From a virus (taxonomy: Duplodnaviria > Heunggongvirae > Uroviricota > Caudoviricetes), in IMG/VR virus record IMGVR_UViG_2711768014_000003: DNA of 9,837 nt. The stretch is one strand, 5' to 3'. Below the pieces are notes generated by a model. It did not search any database. It was not told where the DNA came from and worked only from the letters and a program-made list of their open reading frames with translations. Position 1 is the first letter of the stretch; every line of letters begins with the position of its first letter. Made by a program: the position numbers and the translations under genes. Below are positions 1 through 6,669 of the stretch, piece after piece.

Positions 1-186
1 GCTCGCCACGGGAATATCTACGGCAGCAAGCCAGTAATGGGTTAAGTGATAACAGGTGTCTGGAAATATAGGGGCAAATCCAGCGTTCATCAGCCCCCGC
101 ATTGCCGACAGGATCACAGACGGGGGGCGCAACTGGTTGTCGTTCAACTGGCCCAGCTACCGTTCTTGTATCAGAGGTGTGGCTGC

Positions 187-1578
187 ATGACAACACCAGT
201 CTGGCGTAATGATGACCTGGAAGGCGCTGTCATTGGCGCATTCTTTCTGCGTGGGGCAGATCATGAAGTGATGGATATTCTGATCACACTACCGGCGGAC
301 ATTTTTTCTGTACGAGCGTATCGGGATATCTACACAGGCATCTGCAGACAGGCCCGTGTTTCAGGAGTGATTGACCCCGTGCTGTTGTGTAATGAGATGC
401 CGGAACTTGCCCCGGTGATTACTGATACCGGGCGTAAAACCTGGGTGAAGTCTTCACTGGAGCACTATGTTGCAGCGTTGCGGCGCAATGCCGCACTGCG
501 CGATGCAGAAAAAACACTGAATGAGGCGCTGCAGAAATTACGTGATGCGCATACCTGTGAAGCAGCTGAAGATGCCCTGAAGGATGCGCAGAACATGATG
601 GTCACACTGTCGACAGGAAAGGGCGTCATTCAGCCGGTACATATTGATGATGTGCTTCCGGAAGTGGTTGAGCGTGTTGAATGCCGGAATCAGGGGCTGG
701 AGAAATCCAGGACGTTGATGACCGGTATTGATGAACTGGACGCAAAAACAGGCGGTATGGAGCCCGGAGACCTGGTATTCATTGCCGCCCGTCCTTCGAT
801 GGGGAAAACCGAACTTGCGCTGGACATCATCGACAAGGTGACTGAGCAGGGGCATGGTGTGCTTCTGTTCACCATGGAGATGGCGAACATCCAGATTGGT
901 GAACGTATGGTGTCTGCGGCTGGAGGGATGCCAGTATCACGCCTGAAATCTGTGGCTCACTTTGAAGATGAAGACTGGGCGCGTTTCTCACAAGGGGTGG
1001 GGCGGATGACCGGGCGCAATATCTGGATGGTGGACCAGGCGAACCTGACCATTGATGAGATATGCGCAACAACGAAACACCATCTGATTAAACATCCGGA
1101 AACGGCGCTGGTGGTGGTTGATTATCTCGGGCTGATAAAAACCCGAACCACGGGGCGTCATGACCTTGCCGTGGGTGAAATCTCAAAGGGGCTTAAAGGC
1201 CTGGCAAAATCCGGTGGTTTTCCGTTGATTGCGCTGAGCCAGCTCTCCCGCGGTGTGGAGTCCAGACCCAATAAACGTCCCATGAACTCAGACCTGAAAA
1301 ATTCCGGAGAAATAGAGGCGGATGCAGACATCATTCTGATGCTTTACAGGGATGAAGTGTACAACCCGGATACACAGGCTACAGGCATAGCAGAAATTAA
1401 TATCACGAAACAACGTAACGGTTCTCTGGGGACGATTTACCGGCGTTTTTATAACGGACATTTTCTGCCTGTGGACCAGGAAAGCGCACAGGTTCTTTCC
1501 ACCCCAATGCGGCAGCCCCAGCCGCGCAGATACAGCAATACACGTACCGACAGCAGTAAGATGGAGCGTTTCTTTTGA
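187..1578 (+). CDS. Replicative DNA helicase, DnaB-like (phage replication protein)
   Basis: ORF-track frame 46..1578. The N-terminal part (MTTPVWRNDDLEGAVIGAFF...) resembles the DnaB N-domain; the C-terminal part has a Walker A motif (AARPSMGKTELALD) and Walker B-like VVVDYLG. The start is placed at the first ATG (187), preceded by GAGGTG about 8 nt upstream; the 46..186 extension begins with GTG and does not look protein-like. Confidence 0.85.
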   Translation: MTTPVWRNDDLEGAVIGAFFLRGADHEVMDILITLPADIFSVRAYRDIYTGICRQARVSGVIDPVLLCNEMPELAPVITDTGRKTWVKSSLEHYVAALRRNAALRDAEKTLNEALQKLRDAHTCEAAEDALKDAQNMMVTLSTGKGVIQPVHIDDVLPEVVERVECRNQGLEKSRTLMTGIDELDAKTGGMEPGDLVFIAARPSMGKTELALDIIDKVTEQGHGVLLFTMEMANIQIGERMVSAAGGMPVSRLKSVAHFEDEDWARFSQGVGRMTGRNIWMVDQANLTIDEICATTKHHLIKHPETALVVVDYLGLIKTRTTGRHDLAVGEISKGLKGLAKSGGFPLIALSQLSRGVESRPNKRPMNSDLKNSGEIEADADIILMLYRDEVYNPDTQATGIAEINITKQRNGSLGTIYRRFYNGHFLPVDQESAQVLSTPMRQPQPRRYSNTRTDSSKMERFF

Positions 1579-1589
1579 ACAACCAGACA

Positions 1590-1832
1590 ATGACTTTTAC
1601 CTCTGAACAATTGCGTAAACACGCGCAGGAAATGTTGCGACAGGCGGAACAACTGGAAAAAACAGGTGTAACAAAAGATGCCATTCGTCGGGATATGGTG
1701 CCAGCGCTCAGGGAACTGATGCAGGCGAAACATCGCGCACAAAAAGCGGTGGATGAGCTCGTTGATTGTGTGGCAGAGCTGGAAACCAAAGTTGGAAAGT
1801 TTGAAAAAATGGTGCAGGAGGTGCTGCGCTGA
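1590..1832 (+). CDS. Hypothetical small protein, predicted helical/coiled-coil (nin-region-like position)
   Basis: ORF-track 1575..1832. TTG at 1575 overlaps the helicase stop; the first ATG is at 1590. Charged, Q/E/K-rich 80-aa product. I recognise no family. The stop overlaps the rusA start (TGATG). Confidence 0.5.
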   Translation: MTFTSEQLRKHAQEMLRQAEQLEKTGVTKDAIRRDMVPALRELMQAKHRAQKAVDELVDCVAELETKVGKFEKMVQEVLR

Positions 1833-2203
1833 TGCGCCATGAGTTTATTTTACCTTATCCGCCGACGGTGAATACTTACTGGCGACGTCGTGGCAGCACA
1901 TATTTTGTATCAAAAGTTGGTGAGCGTTATCGCCGTGATGTGACGCTAATTGTTCGCCAGCAGCGGCTGAAATTAAACCTGTCCGGAAGGCTGGCGATAA
2001 AGATTATTGCAGAGCCACCGGATAAGCGCCGTCGTGACCTGGACAATATCCTGAAAGCACCACTGGATGCGCTGACGCATGCCGGACTACTCATAGACGA
2101 CGAGCAGTTTGATGAAATCAATATTGTGCGCGGTCAGCTCGTTCCTGGTGGGCGACTGGGCGTGAAGATTTATGAAATCACAGGTGATAACGATGGCGCG
2201 TGA
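1832..2203 (+). CDS. rusA: Crossover junction endodeoxyribonuclease RusA (Holliday junction resolvase)
   Basis: The 123-aa translation ([12 protein letters not shown]...[31 protein letters not shown]...[11 protein letters not shown]) matches my recollection of RusA, including the acidic DLDN motif. Position downstream of replication genes and upstream of Q is typical for lambdoid phages. Confidence 0.85.
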   Translation: MRHEFILPYPPTVNTYWRRRGSTYFVSKVGERYRRDVTLIVRQQRLKLNLSGRLAIKIIAEPPDKRRRDLDNILKAPLDALTHAGLLIDDEQFDEINIVRGQLVPGGRLGVKIYEITGDNDGA

Positions 2204-2579
2204 TATTCAGCAGGTTATGGAACGGTGGGGGGCTTGGGCTGCAAACACTCATGAAGATGTATCCTGGGCGTCGATCGCTGCTGGTTTTAAAGGGTTAATT
2301 CCGTCGAAAGTGAAATCACGCCCTCAGTGTTCTGATGATGATGCAATGATAATTTGTGGCTGTATGGCCCGGTTGAACAAGAAAAATCAGGATTTGCACG
2401 ATTTGCTGGTGGATTATTACGTAGGTGGAATGACTTTTATGAGTCTGGCACGGAAACATGGGTGTTCGGATACCTGTATTGGCAAGCGCCTGCAGAAAGC
2501 GGAAGGGGTTATTGATGGCATGTTGATGATGCTTGATATCCGGCTGGAGATGGACAGATACGTAGAACGAATTATGTAG
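2193..2579 (+). CDS. Q: Late-gene antitermination protein Q (Q-family antiterminator)
   Basis: The translation ([23 protein letters not shown]...[20 protein letters not shown]...) matches my recollection of the Q antiterminators of Stx-phage and phage-21-type lambdoids, with Cys-rich putative zinc-binding residues. Start chosen at ATG 2193 (AGGTGA 7 nt upstream); an alternative in-frame ATG at 2172 overlaps rusA. A promoter-like element follows the stop immediately. Confidence 0.8.
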   Translation: MARDIQQVMERWGAWAANTHEDVSWASIAAGFKGLIPSKVKSRPQCSDDDAMIICGCMARLNKKNQDLHDLLVDYYVGGMTFMSLARKHGCSDTCIGKRLQKAEGVIDGMLMMLDIRLEMDRYVERIM

Positions 2580-2583
2580 GTGC

Positions 2584-2613
2584 TTGACCAGACACATTGT
2601 CCGGGGCTATATT
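2584..2613 (+). promoter_or_regulatory. Candidate late promoter (pR'-like): TTGACC, 18-nt spacer, TATATT
   Basis: The -35 hexamer TTGACC (2584-2589) and -10 TATATT (2608-2613) start 5 nt after the Q stop codon, the canonical position of pR' in lambdoid phages. A hairpin (CGCCAG-N6-CTGGCG, 2621-2638) lies in the predicted initial transcript. Confidence 0.5.
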
Positions 2614-2674
2614 CCTCACGCGCCAGCAAAATCTGGCGTCGGGATTGGAACCCCGGATAGAGACCGCGACAGAC

Positions 2675-2698
2675 ACACGCCGCGAGCGTGTTTTTTAT
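2675..2698 (+). terminator. Intrinsic terminator (tR'-like) downstream of the candidate late promoter
   Basis: Stem ACACGC (2675-2680), loop CGCGA, stem GCGTGT (2686-2691), followed by a T-run (2691-2697). It would end a short (~75 nt) 6S-like leader RNA unless antiterminated by Q. Confidence 0.5.
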
Positions 2699-2824
2699 TG
2701 TCGTATGCACGCGCACATCTGAATTATGGTGGGGCGCATGGGGGAGCTGAAAAGCTCGCCGGTCGGTTTCCCGGTAGTTCCAACCCTGTGCGTCTCACCA
2801 CCCGATGATTGGAACCTGACGGTG

Positions 2825-2853
2825 TTGACAGTTTCAGGTTTGCAGTTTACATT
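2825..2853 (+). promoter_or_regulatory. Near-consensus sigma70 promoter (TTGACA, 17 nt, TACATT), likely for the ORF6N gene
   Basis: TTGACA at 2825-2830, exact 17-nt spacer, TACATT at 2848-2853. It is followed about 35 nt later by a weak hairpin (CCACA 2889-2893 / TGTGG 2905-2909) plus a T7 run (2910-2916), then about 145 nt of leader before the ORF6N start. Confidence 0.4.
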
Positions 2854-3059
2854 TCCCCGCGGTGCTCAAAACACCTCGAAAGCGGTATCCACACCCGATA
2901 GCCATGTGGTTTTTTTGTGTCCAGAATTCTTGGTTTATGACCGGGTGTGCGGCTAATACAATACCAGCAATGGAAATACGCCCGCCGACTTTCGACGGTT
3001 TTGAGCGCCCGGTCACCCTCTCAAAAGGGGTAAATCAAAATATTCGAAAGGACATGTCT

Positions 3060-3623
3060 ATGAATCGCACGTCTATTGAAAAACTCCCGTCACTTACGCA
3101 TAACCATCTTCCTGTCATGACAACAGAGCTGCTGGCTGATTTGTACGGAACAGAGCGCCAGCGTTTGACAAACAATTTCAATCGAAACAAAGAACGGTTT
3201 ATAGAAGGTAAACATTTTTTCCTGATAGAAGGTGATGCGTTACGAGAGTTGAAGAACGAAAACTCTTTAAGAGTTTCTGTGAAAATTGCCCGTAACGTTC
3301 GCTCCCTCATCCTCTGGACAGAACGTGGCGCAGCCCGTCACGCCAAAATGCTCGAAACCGATCAGGCGTGGGAAGTGTTCGAAAAACTGGAAGACTGTTA
3401 TTTCAACCAGAAACAGCCACCAGCGGCACAAAACACATCTATCGAAAATGATGGATGCGCATTACTGAGCCACTTCGATAAACACGGTCAGGTTGAGTTC
3501 ACGGAAAAGGTACCCGCCGATGCGATGGTATGTACTCTGGAACGGTTTAAATTTTATCTGGAGCAACACGGGTGGATCGTTGCCCGTAAAGAGCAACTGG
3601 TGGAGCGGTTGATGCGGTTTTAA
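3060..3623 (+). CDS. ORF6N-domain protein (KilA-N/antirepressor-like DNA-binding domain) with uncharacterised C-terminal domain
   Basis: ORF-track 2862..3623. The N-terminal region (HLPVMTTELLADLYGTERQRLTNNFNRNKERFIEGKHFFLIEGDALREL) fits the ORF6N consensus as I recall it (V..T..LA.LYG...R.L...RN..RF.EG..F.L). Start chosen at ATG 3060, with AAAGGA 7 nt upstream; the ATG at 3054 is in frame but too close to the SD. The upstream 64 codons of the ORF are probably untranslated. Confidence 0.7.
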   Translation: MNRTSIEKLPSLTHNHLPVMTTELLADLYGTERQRLTNNFNRNKERFIEGKHFFLIEGDALRELKNENSLRVSVKIARNVRSLILWTERGAARHAKMLETDQAWEVFEKLEDCYFNQKQPPAAQNTSIENDGCALLSHFDKHGQVEFTEKVPADAMVCTLERFKFYLEQHGWIVARKEQLVERLMRF

Positions 3624-3698
3624 AAATTTTTTCCGAAAACTTTACGATCGTAAAAAGTTGAATATCCTGTTAAGAGTGGTTACTACGCCACACAGCTT

Positions 3699-3726
3699 AA
3701 ACCCGCCGATGAGCGGGTTTTTTTAT
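3699..3726 (+). terminator. Intrinsic terminator after the ORF6N gene
   Basis: Stem AAACCCGC (3699-3706), loop CGATGA, stem GCGGGTTT (3713-3720), followed by TTTT (3721-3724). Confidence 0.6.
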
Positions 3727-3774
3727 ACCTGAAAAACGGCACAGGACGTTAAACGTGCTGGTGGTCAGATGAGT

Positions 3775-3803
3775 TTGCAGATGTGATGACATATGGTTAT
3801 TAT
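3775..3803 (+). promoter_or_regulatory. Candidate promoter for the tRNA array (TTGCAG, 17 nt, TATTAT)
   Basis: The -35-like TTGCAG (3775-3780) and -10-like TATTAT (3798-3803) sit about 10 nt upstream of the first tRNA 5' end (3813). Confidence 0.35.
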
Positions 3804-3812
3804 TCTGCCTCC

Positions 3813-3889
3813 GGCCCTTTAGCTCAGTTGGTCAGAGCGAGCGACTCATAATCGCCAGGTCGCTGGTTCAAGTCCAGCAAGGGCCACCA
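3813..3889 (+). tRNA. tRNA with anticodon CAT; sequence resembles E. coli ileX-type tRNA-Ile2 (lysidine, AUA-decoding), although the anticodon alone would read as Met
   Basis: Manual cloverleaf: acceptor GGCCCTT/AAGGGCC, D-arm GCTC...GAGC, anticodon loop CTCATAA (CAT at 3847-3849), T-arm GCTGG-TTCAAGT-CCAGC, discriminator A, encoded CCA. 77 nt. Confidence 0.85.
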
Positions 3890-3890
3890 A

Positions 3891-3967
3891 CCACCACTAG
3901 CTCATCCGGATAGAGCATCAACCTTCTAAGTTGACGGTGCGAGGTTCGAGTCCTCGGTGGTGGGCCA
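3891..3967 (+). tRNA. tRNA-Arg (anticodon TCT, decodes AGA/AGG)
   Basis: Manual fold: acceptor CCACCAC/GTGGTGG (unusual C1-G72), D-arm GCTC...GAGC, anticodon stem TCAAC/GTTGA with loop CTTCTAA (TCT at 3925-3927), T-arm CGAGG-TTCGAGT-CCTCG, discriminator G, encoded CCA. It starts 1 nt after the previous tRNA. Confidence 0.8.
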
Positions 3968-3969
3968 GC

Positions 3970-4045
<76 letters not shown>

Positions 4046-4048
4046 TAT

Positions 4049-4123
<75 letters not shown>

Positions 4124-4570
4124 GCGAGATTTGAGACGAAGGTTGTTATTTGCACTGACACAATATTGTGTGGGAATGTCTGACTCCTTACCATCTCCTG
4201 TTCTGTGATGTTGTTTTGTTGCAGTTCCAGTGCTCTTTTTTCAGCACCAGAATGGTGCATTGTCGGTCAGGTTACGTAGTGAACCTCTGGCAGGGGACTG
4301 ATGATTCATCATTCTGGTGTTGTAAATATCTCTTCGGACAACTTACAAAATATTCTAAGCAAACCCCGGGAACACACTCTTAACTGCCTTGGCTGGCGGT
4401 TTTTTGTACAGCGCTCGGTATGTGTGAGCTGGAAATCAGATTTTGCATGGACTGGAATCATGCTGTTATTTAGGGGCGAAGAACTGGCTTTTTCTTCCGC
4501 CTTCTCACCAGTAACGATTAGAAAAATAATGAAATGCCCCCCTCCGGGGAGGAGGACCGTAGAAAAAAGG

Positions 4571-4628
4571 ACCCGCCAGCAAAAACATTGGGGATGAACA
4601 GCTTTCGCTACTCAGATTGCTGGCGGGT
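4571..4628. repeat. 12-bp perfect inverted repeat (ACCCGCCAGCAA, 34-nt spacer, TTGCTGGCGGGT)
   Basis: Arms at 4571-4582 and 4617-4628 are exact reverse complements. On the minus strand the structure is followed by CCTTTTTTCT (complement of 4561-4570), so it could act as a minus-strand terminator or a structured RNA/protein-binding element. Confidence 0.5.
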
Positions 4629-4736
4629 AAAGTTCCTCATGAATTAAGAATGCTACGCGATCTTTTTTAATGGAAATGAAAATTATTGTCAATTAGTCGT
4701 GCGTGTTTTTTCATACAATATTGGTAAAGGTGATTC

Positions 4737-4769
4737 AGGCCATCAGAGTTTTGCTGATGGCCTTTTTTC
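4737..4769 (+). terminator. Strong intrinsic terminator about 35 bp upstream of the holin gene
   Basis: Perfect 10-bp stem AGGCCATCAG (4737-4746) / CTGATGGCCT (4754-4763), 7-nt loop, followed by TTTTTT (4763-4768). Confidence 0.6.
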
Positions 4770-4803
4770 TTTCCGATAGCACAGGTCTGTCGGGGGGCGG
4801 GAT

Positions 4804-5019
4804 ATGTATCAGATGGAAAAAATATCAACAGGCATTGCCTACGGCACCTCCGCCGGCAGTGCCGGCTACTGGTTTTTGCAGTGGTTGGATCAGGTCAGTC
4901 CATCACAGTGGGCTGCGATTGGTGTGCTGGGAAGTCTGCTTCTGGGGCTTCTGACTTATCTGACAAATCTGTATTTCAAAATAAGAGAAGACAAGCGTAA
5001 GGCTGCGAGAGGTGAATAA
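4804..5019 (+). CDS. S: Class II holin, phage 21 S-type pinholin with dual-start motif
   Basis: The 71-aa product ([71 protein letters not shown]) is near-identical to my recollection of phage 21 S21: two TM segments, charged C-terminus, Met1/Met4 dual start (alternative start 4813). The stop overlaps the endolysin start (TAATG). Confidence 0.9.
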   Translation: MYQMEKISTGIAYGTSAGSAGYWFLQWLDQVSPSQWAAIGVLGSLLLGLLTYLTNLYFKIREDKRKAARGE

Positions 5020-5166
5020 TGTCGCCATCATTACGCAAGGCTGTTGCAGCTGCTATTGGTGGTGGGGCTGTTGCTATAGCATCTGTGTTAATCACTGGCC
5101 CAGGTGGTAACGATGGTCTGGAAGGTGTCAGCTACATACCATACAAAGATATCATTGGTGTATGGA
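5019..5166 (+). CDS. R: SAR endolysin (R21-type lysozyme), 5' part only; 3' part lost in the N run
   Basis: The N-terminus ([52 protein letters not shown]) matches the signal-anchor-release domain of phage 21 R as I recall it. The ORF runs into the Ns at 5167, so the catalytic domain is not visible. Confidence 0.85.
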
Positions 5167-5483
5167 CTGTATGTCANNNNNNNNNNNNNNNNNNNNNNNN
5201 NNNNNNNNNNNNNNNNNNNNNNNNNNNNNNNNNNNNNNNNNNNNNNNNNNNNNNNNNNNNNNNNNNNNNNNNNNNNNNNNNNNNNNNNNNNNNNNNNNNN
5301 NNNNNNNNNNNNNNNNNNNNNNNNNNNNNNNNNNNNNNNNNNNNNNNNNNNNNNNNNNNNNNNNNNNNNNNNNNNNNNNNNNNNNNNNNNNNNNNNNNNN
5401 NNNNNNNNNNNNNNNNNNNNNNNNNNNNNNNNNNNNNNNNNNNNNNNNNNNNNNNNNNNNNNNNNNNNNNNNNNNNNNNNNNN
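5167..5483. other. Run of 317 N (assembly gap or masked sequence)
   Basis: Directly visible. It interrupts the endolysin 3' region and the 5' regions of Rz and Rz1. The apparent in-frame continuity across the Ns in the ORF track is an artefact. Confidence 0.99.
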
Positions 5484-5660
5484 GCAGTCTGTCAGTCAGT
5501 GCGTGAAGCCACCACCGCCTCCGGCGTGGATAATGCAACCAGCCCCCGACTGGCAGACACCGCTGAACGGGATTATTTCACCCTCAGAGAGCGGCTGATG
5601 ACGATGCAGATGCAACTGGAAGGGGCACAGGAGTATATCCGCACTCAGTGCATTAAGTAG
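5484..5660 (+). CDS. Rz: Rz i-spanin, C-terminal part only (5' end in gap)
   Basis: The translation after the gap (AVCQSVREATTASGVDNATSPRLADTAERDYFTLRERLMTMQMQLEGAQEYIRTQCIK) closely matches my recollection of the lambda Rz C-terminus. Stop at 5658-5660. Confidence 0.85.
   Translation, partial: AVCQSVREATTASGVDNATSPRLADTAERDYFTLRERLMTMQMQLEGAQEYIRTQCIK
5485..5598 (+). CDS. Rz1: Rz1 o-spanin, C-terminal part only, embedded in the +1 frame of Rz (5' end in gap)
   Basis: The +1 frame after the gap gives QSVSQCVKPPPPPAWIMQPAPDWQTPLNGIISPSESG, matching the proline-rich lambda Rz1 C-terminus as I recall it. The lipobox and start lie in the N run. Confidence 0.8.
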   Translation, partial: QSVSQCVKPPPPPAWIMQPAPDWQTPLNGIISPSESG

Positions 5661-5702
5661 CCTTTTTATCGTGGTAAACATTTCGCAGGGTATGAGGTAT
5701 TT

Positions 5703-6053
5703 ATGCCATCACTAATCCCACGTGCCTGCCGTAAGCGTGGATGTGCAGGTACAACCACAGACAGTTCGGGTTACTGCGATAAACATCGCGGTGAAGGCTG
5801 GGTGCAGCACCAGCGCGGACTGAGCCGCCACCAGCGTGGCTATGGCTCAAAATGGACGGTGATTCGTGCCCGTATTCTGAAGCGCGATAAAGGTCTGTGT
5901 CAGTTGTGTCTGCGTGTCGGTGTGGTGAGCGAGGCGAAAACCGTCGACCACATCATCCCGAAAGCGCATGGCGGAACAGACGCAGACAGCAACCTGCAGA
6001 GTCTGTGCTGGCCCTGCCATAAAGCGAAAACAGCGCGCGAACGAATCCGGTGA
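5703..6053 (+). CDS. HNH endonuclease (phage packaging-associated HNH)
   Basis: The 116-aa product has paired Cys motifs (C..C...C..H and CQLC...CWPCH) and an HNH core (DHIIPKAHGG...N). ATG at 5703 with GAGGT 5 nt upstream. It sits immediately upstream of the terminase small subunit, the arrangement known from HK97-like cos phages. Confidence 0.85.
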   Translation: MPSLIPRACRKRGCAGTTTDSSGYCDKHRGEGWVQHQRGLSRHQRGYGSKWTVIRARILKRDKGLCQLCLRVGVVSEAKTVDHIIPKAHGGTDADSNLQSLCWPCHKAKTARERIR

Positions 6054-6075
6054 TAATTATTCTCACTTGTAGGGA

Positions 6076-6136
6076 GGGGCGGGGCAAATCCCTGTGACCT
6101 GACGTCTTCCGGACTGCCCGCCCCATCGTTTTTTTA
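6076..6136 (+). promoter_or_regulatory. GC-rich dyad element with T-run between the HNH and terS genes; candidate cos region and/or terminator
   Basis: GGGGCGGG (6076-6083) pairs with CCCGCCCC (6117-6124) across a ~33-nt spacer, followed by a T-run (6129-6136). It lies in the 121-bp intergenic region where HK97-like phages place cos. Confidence 0.3.
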
Positions 6137-6174
6137 TACCCGCGAAAAATGAAATTTAACCAGGAGTGCCGCAT

Positions 6175-6669
6175 ATGGCTGGAACGGCGGGGCGTTCCGG
6201 GCGTCGCCCCAAGCCAACGGCGCGCAAGGCGCTGGCCGGAAACCCCGGCAAGCGAGCCCTGAACAAAGATGAACCTGTTTTTACGCCCATCAAAGGTGTT
6301 GAGCCACCAGAGTGGTTCGCTGAAGAAGATCTCCCTCTCGCCACGATCATGTGGCAACTGACAACCAAAGAACTCTGCGGTCAGGGCCTGCTGTGCGTGA
6401 CTGACCTGGCGGTACTTGAGCGGTGGTGCGTGGCCTATGAGTTCTGGCGACGTGCCGTGAAAAATATTGCCATACAGGGCAACACCATCACCGGTGCAAT
6501 GGGCGGCAGGGTCAAAAATCCGGAGCTGACCGCCAAAAAAGAACAGGAGTCCGAGATGAGCAGCACGGGGGCAATGCTCGGACTCGACCCCAGCAGCCGC
6601 CAGCGTCTGATTGGCCTGGCGGGGCAGAAGAAAGCCACTAACCCGTTTCTGAAAATTATCGAATCATGA
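6175..6669 (+). CDS. Terminase small subunit (P27-family-like)
   Basis: ORF-track 6166..6669. ATG at 6175 with CAGGAG 8 nt upstream. Basic N-terminus ([27 protein letters not shown]) and overall resemblance to the P27-family small terminases as I recall them. The stop overlaps the terL start (ATGA). Confidence 0.75.
   Translation: MAGTAGRSGRRPKPTARKALAGNPGKRALNKDEPVFTPIKGVEPPEWFAEEDLPLATIMWQLTTKELCGQGLLCVTDLAVLERWCVAYEFWRRAVKNIAIQGNTITGAMGGRVKNPELTAKKEQESEMSSTGAMLGLDPSSRQRLIGLAGQKKATNPFLKIIES

Noticed and set aside
46-186. N-terminal extension of the helicase ORF from GTG 46 (47 extra residues)
   Set aside because: The extension (ITGVWKYRGKSSVHQPPHCRQDHRRG...) does not look protein-like, and the DnaB-like N-domain begins right after ATG 187, which has an SD. 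A small frame-2 ORF (GTG 56..190) whose stop overlaps ATG 187 was also noted but has no support.
538-1840. Minus-strand ORFs overlapping the helicase gene (538..855, 690..890, 869..1072, 1288..1590, 1403..1840, 1449..1742)
   Set aside because: Antisense shadow ORFs inside a well-supported + strand gene; Ser/Cys/Arg-rich low-complexity translations; no RBS context.
2584-2956. ORFs 2584..2808 and 2726..2956 (+) and 2834..3016 (-) in the Q to ORF6N interval
   Set aside because: They run across the predicted promoter, terminator and leader structures, have Gly/Arg/Pro-rich odd composition and lack credible RBSs.
4124-4803. Shiga toxin (stxAB) or other toxin cargo at the Q-to-holin position
   Set aside because: The position matches the stx locus of Stx phages, but no ORF of suitable size or sequence exists in the visible sequence.
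4168-4954. ORFs 4168..4383, 4301..4597 and 4703..4954 in the spacer before the holin
   Set aside because: No recognisable homology; Cys/Trp-rich products; 4703..4954 runs through a strong terminator and overlaps the holin out of frame. Kept only as part of the non-coding-region finding.
5104-5598. ORF-track entries spanning the N run (5019..5660 as one 213-aa protein, 5104..5598, 5162..5506, 5152..5538 minus)
   Set aside because: Translations through Ns are artefacts; the real genes are a partial endolysin before the gap and partial Rz/Rz1 after it.
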